From positions 1 to 58,836 of IMG/VR virus record IMGVR_UViG_3300025120_000054: a stretch of 58,836 nt of DNA. One strand, written 5' to 3'. Under the pieces are notes generated by a model. It was not told the origin of the DNA. It did no database searches and was given only the letters and a program-made list of their open reading frames with translations. Every line of letters starts with the position of its first letter. Position 1 is the stretch's first letter. Below, piece after piece: positions 56,822 to 58,836 of the stretch. This DNA comes from a virus (taxonomy: Duplodnaviria > Caudoviricetes). A program made the position numbers and the translations under genes.

Positions 56822-56884
56822 GGTTAAGACATCCCCGATTCACATCGGTAATGTTTCGGATACTGAATCCATCTTCAGTTAACC
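56822..56884 (-). ncRNA. Hammerhead ribozyme (type I)
   Basis: GGUUAA-CUGAAGA-U-GGAU(UCAGU)AUCC-GAAA-CAU..CCGAU(GUGA)AUCGG..AUG-UC/UUAACC: full core and three stems. Confidence 0.9.
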
Positions 56885-57370
56885 TTCCTTCTCCAGCAAA
56901 ACCGTATGCAATGTCACTGGTGTATGTGGTACAGGGGTTTGGCCTCCATGAAAACCTATGATGTTGAAATCATCTTTACCGTTGTGATATTTGACATCAA
57001 CACAGGTATTAAAGAGAACACTGAACGTGATTAATTCGCCATTACTGGTCTTTATACTAATCGTCTCTGATTTGTCAGTACATTCAATGTATGTATGCTT
57101 ATGCTGGGCATTGAATACTGCGAATCCTTTTACCTCTCCTATGATGGTGTTTAACGTATATTTGAAATCGTCTCCTACCGTTTCATCATGGCTTAGGATG
57201 TTTCCGAATACATCTGGACAAATATCCGTATCTGGTTTGTTGATGTAGTTAACGAATTCTCTTAGATTGCGTACCGTAGCAGTATAGTTACGATTCATCT
57301 GGATATGGAATCCGTTTTTAGCATTATAGTCTTCCAGATGCGCTGGAAATCGCTTTGTTGATTTGTTCAT
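56879..57370 (-). CDS. Hypothetical early protein
   Basis: ORF; its stop codon forms part of hammerhead stem I. Confidence 0.7.
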   Translation of the reverse strand: MNKSTKRFPAHLEDYNAKNGFHIQMNRNYTATVRNLREFVNYINKPDTDICPDVFGNILSHDETVGDDFKYTLNTIIGEVKGFAVFNAQHKHTYIECTDKSETISIKTSNGELITFSVLFNTCVDVKYHNGKDDFNIIGFHGGQTPVPHTPVTLHTVLLEKEG

Positions 57371-57392
57371 TTCTTTGTTTTTGTTGTTGTTA

Positions 57393-57533
57393 TTATTTAG
57401 TTTCTACTAACTCTTCTATCTCCTCAAGTACATCGTACATCTCGCTTCTTACATTTCCATCTGATACGTTGTCTTGTATTAAGTAGTACATTTTTTTAGT
57501 TAATTCTTCTAGTGTTAATTCTTTAGTTGTCAT
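57393..57533 (-). CDS. Small acidic protein, 46 aa
   Basis: Translated by hand (MTTKELTLEELTKKM...). Confidence 0.6.
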   Translation of the reverse strand: MTTKELTLEELTKKMYYLIQDNVSDGNVRSEMYDVLEEIEELVETK

Positions 57534-57780
57534 TGTGTGTTTTTAGATCGTTGTTTTTTTCCATCTGGTTAAGCAGATTTTCAATGCTCTCCAGATGCTT
57601 CTGGATTCCCGTATAACTTTCTTCTGTTGCATCATCATTGGCTAATGTAAATGATTCTTCATTCAGCACAATGCAGTCAATTGTCTGCGAGATATCATCT
57701 ACCCAAAGCGCAGTGCTATTCTTGTCAATTGCATCCAGTAATCCCTTTACCAGATGTACTAATTCTTCCTGTTTTTTCAT
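57523..57780 (-). CDS. Hypothetical acidic early protein
   Basis: ORF in early operon. Confidence 0.65.
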   Translation of the reverse strand: MKKQEELVHLVKGLLDAIDKNSTALWVDDISQTIDCIVLNEESFTLANDDATEESYTGIQKHLESIENLLNQMEKNNDLKTHNDN

Positions 57781-57790
57781 ATGGTTTATT

Positions 57791-58012
57791 TTATGTTAAC
57801 GATTCAAATGTAATATCTCCATCTTCGCTCCATAACACTTGGTACAATTCTGTCCATGTGCTAATTTCATTTATCATGTATACATCGTCTTCAGTATACC
57901 TGTATAATGCGTACTCTTTCGTAATATGGATTTCTTCTCCAGATTCGATTCGTTTTAACTGGTCAATGGTAATTGAATCCAGTACTTTGTCTAATTGTGA
58001 TTCGTGTTTCAT
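57791..58012 (-). CDS. Hypothetical acidic early protein
   Basis: ORF in early operon. Confidence 0.65.
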   Translation of the reverse strand: MKHESQLDKVLDSITIDQLKRIESGEEIHITKEYALYRYTEDDVYMINEISTWTELYQVLWSEDGDITFESLT

Positions 58013-58084
58013 AATATGTGTTTTTTTTAACCAGAAATGCCCGTATTTATTTCAGTACGGGCCTCTGGAGAAAATCAGCTGATT

Positions 58085-58330
58085 TTAATCGGTTACATAC
58101 ATCTTTTCGCGCTCTGGATTAGCAGTGTTCAAATATGTATGCAAAACAGTCTTAACTTGCTCTGCTGAGAACAATCCAAATGACTGCGCTCCAGATTCAT
58201 TTAAAGCATCTAATCTTCGCTCTAATGCATCAGCTATTTCAATGGTTAATATTGTAGATGCGATTGCACCTAAATTCTGCACATCTTTGTGCGCCTTTCT
58301 TAACTTCTGGTCATTGTTTAATCTACTCAT
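58085..58330 (-). CDS. Hypothetical early protein
   Basis: ORF in early operon. Confidence 0.65.
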   Translation of the reverse strand: MSRLNNDQKLRKAHKDVQNLGAIASTILTIEIADALERRLDALNESGAQSFGLFSAEQVKTVLHTYLNTANPEREKMYVTD

Positions 58331-58347
58331 TTTGTTCTGGTTTTTGG

Positions 58348-58584
58348 TTATAATTTTTTGTATAATCTGTTAATAAAATCTACTTCGTGTTCCTGTACCA
58401 TTAAATGTCCAGGATGAATATACTCTCCATGCAACATAGATGGTGTTCTTTTTAATGCCCATTTCAAATCTTCAATGTGGGATTCTACTTCCTTTCTGCT
58501 TCTGGTTAAAAATGCTTTCTTACTTGCATTTGTCGAATATTCCTTAAGAGTATTCGTGTAAAAATCAACGGTTTCTTGCCTCAT
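58348..58584 (-). CDS. Hypothetical early protein (first gene of - arm)
   Basis: ORF directly after consensus promoter. Confidence 0.7.
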   Translation of the reverse strand: MRQETVDFYTNTLKEYSTNASKKAFLTRSRKEVESHIEDLKWALKRTPSMLHGEYIHPGHLMVQEHEVDFINRLYKKL

Positions 58585-58614
58585 AATTAATTTTGTTTTC
58601 GTTCATATATGGTA

Positions 58615-58645
58615 CAAATATAGTCTAATTCTTTATATAAACAAA
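58615..58645 (-). promoter_or_regulatory. Consensus Bacteroidetes promoter TTTG-N19-TATATTTG (early promoter)
   Basis: -33 at 58645-58642, -7 at 58622-58615. Confidence 0.8.
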
Positions 58646-58709
58646 CATGTGCGCTCCAGTATAATATATACACCAGTATAAAATCATGCTCAAAGCCAGT
58701 AATAACCAA

Positions 58710-58836
58710 CGTTTTAGAATCAAATGAAATAATTTCAAATTGTACCAGAATTGTTAAAGGTGACCAGAGGCCTCTGCTGGTGTTACCAGATGTCTCTCCA
58801 TCTGCGCTGGAAGGGAAGGCCTTCCCCTAGAAACCA
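58710..58836. repeat. Terminal 127-bp direct repeat, copy 2
   Basis: Identical to 1-127. Confidence 0.95.

Noticed and set aside
55619-58709. CCAGA excess as a by-product of Dcm (CCWGG) deamination
   Set aside because: Inner-C deamination yields CTWGG, not TCTGG, and would not be regionally confined
58710-58836. 127-bp terminal repeat as a biological direct terminal repeat
   Set aside because: Exact length of a common assembler k-mer; best read as circularisation overlap
1-58836. Stop-codon reassignment, CRISPR array, introns/inteins, diversity-generating retroelement
   Set aside because: Genes are intact in the standard code and end in all three stops; no repeat-spacer array, reverse transcriptase or interrupted core gene was seen

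Overview
This window is an apparently complete circular phage genome of 58,709 bp; bases 58710-58836 repeat bases 1-127, as expected from an assembly overlap. The host is most likely a Bacteroidetes/Flavobacteriia bacterium, judged from TAnnTTTG promoters and A-rich leaders without Shine-Dalgarno sites. The + strand arm (about 0.5-41 kb) carries GroEL/GroES, a cluster of about 12 small very basic proteins, lysis genes, terminase, portal, scaffold, capsid, a short-tail (crAss/P22-like) module and three ejection-type proteins, one of them 3351 aa with a HExxH motif. The - strand arm (41-58.6 kb) carries a metallophosphoesterase, VRR-NUC, SNF2-like helicase, PAPS-reductase-like protein, primase-helicase, SSB, an exonuclease/annealase pair and many small early genes. 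No DNA polymerase, integrase or CRISPR array was recognised. The most interesting signals are non-coding or hidden: (1) a complete hammerhead ribozyme between two early genes (56822-56884, -); (2) a tRNA-like RNA lacking D and anticodon arms (51530-51606, -); (3) strong enrichment of CCAGA(TG) on both strands in the early region; (4) twin iteron/IHF-like elements with near-identical spacing at 961-1130 and 48388-48551; (5) small basic genes overprinted in the +1 frame of acidic linkers of the giant protein and the scaffold; (6) a pseudoknot-capable leader in front of the SSB gene. All protein family calls come from motif recognition, not database searches.
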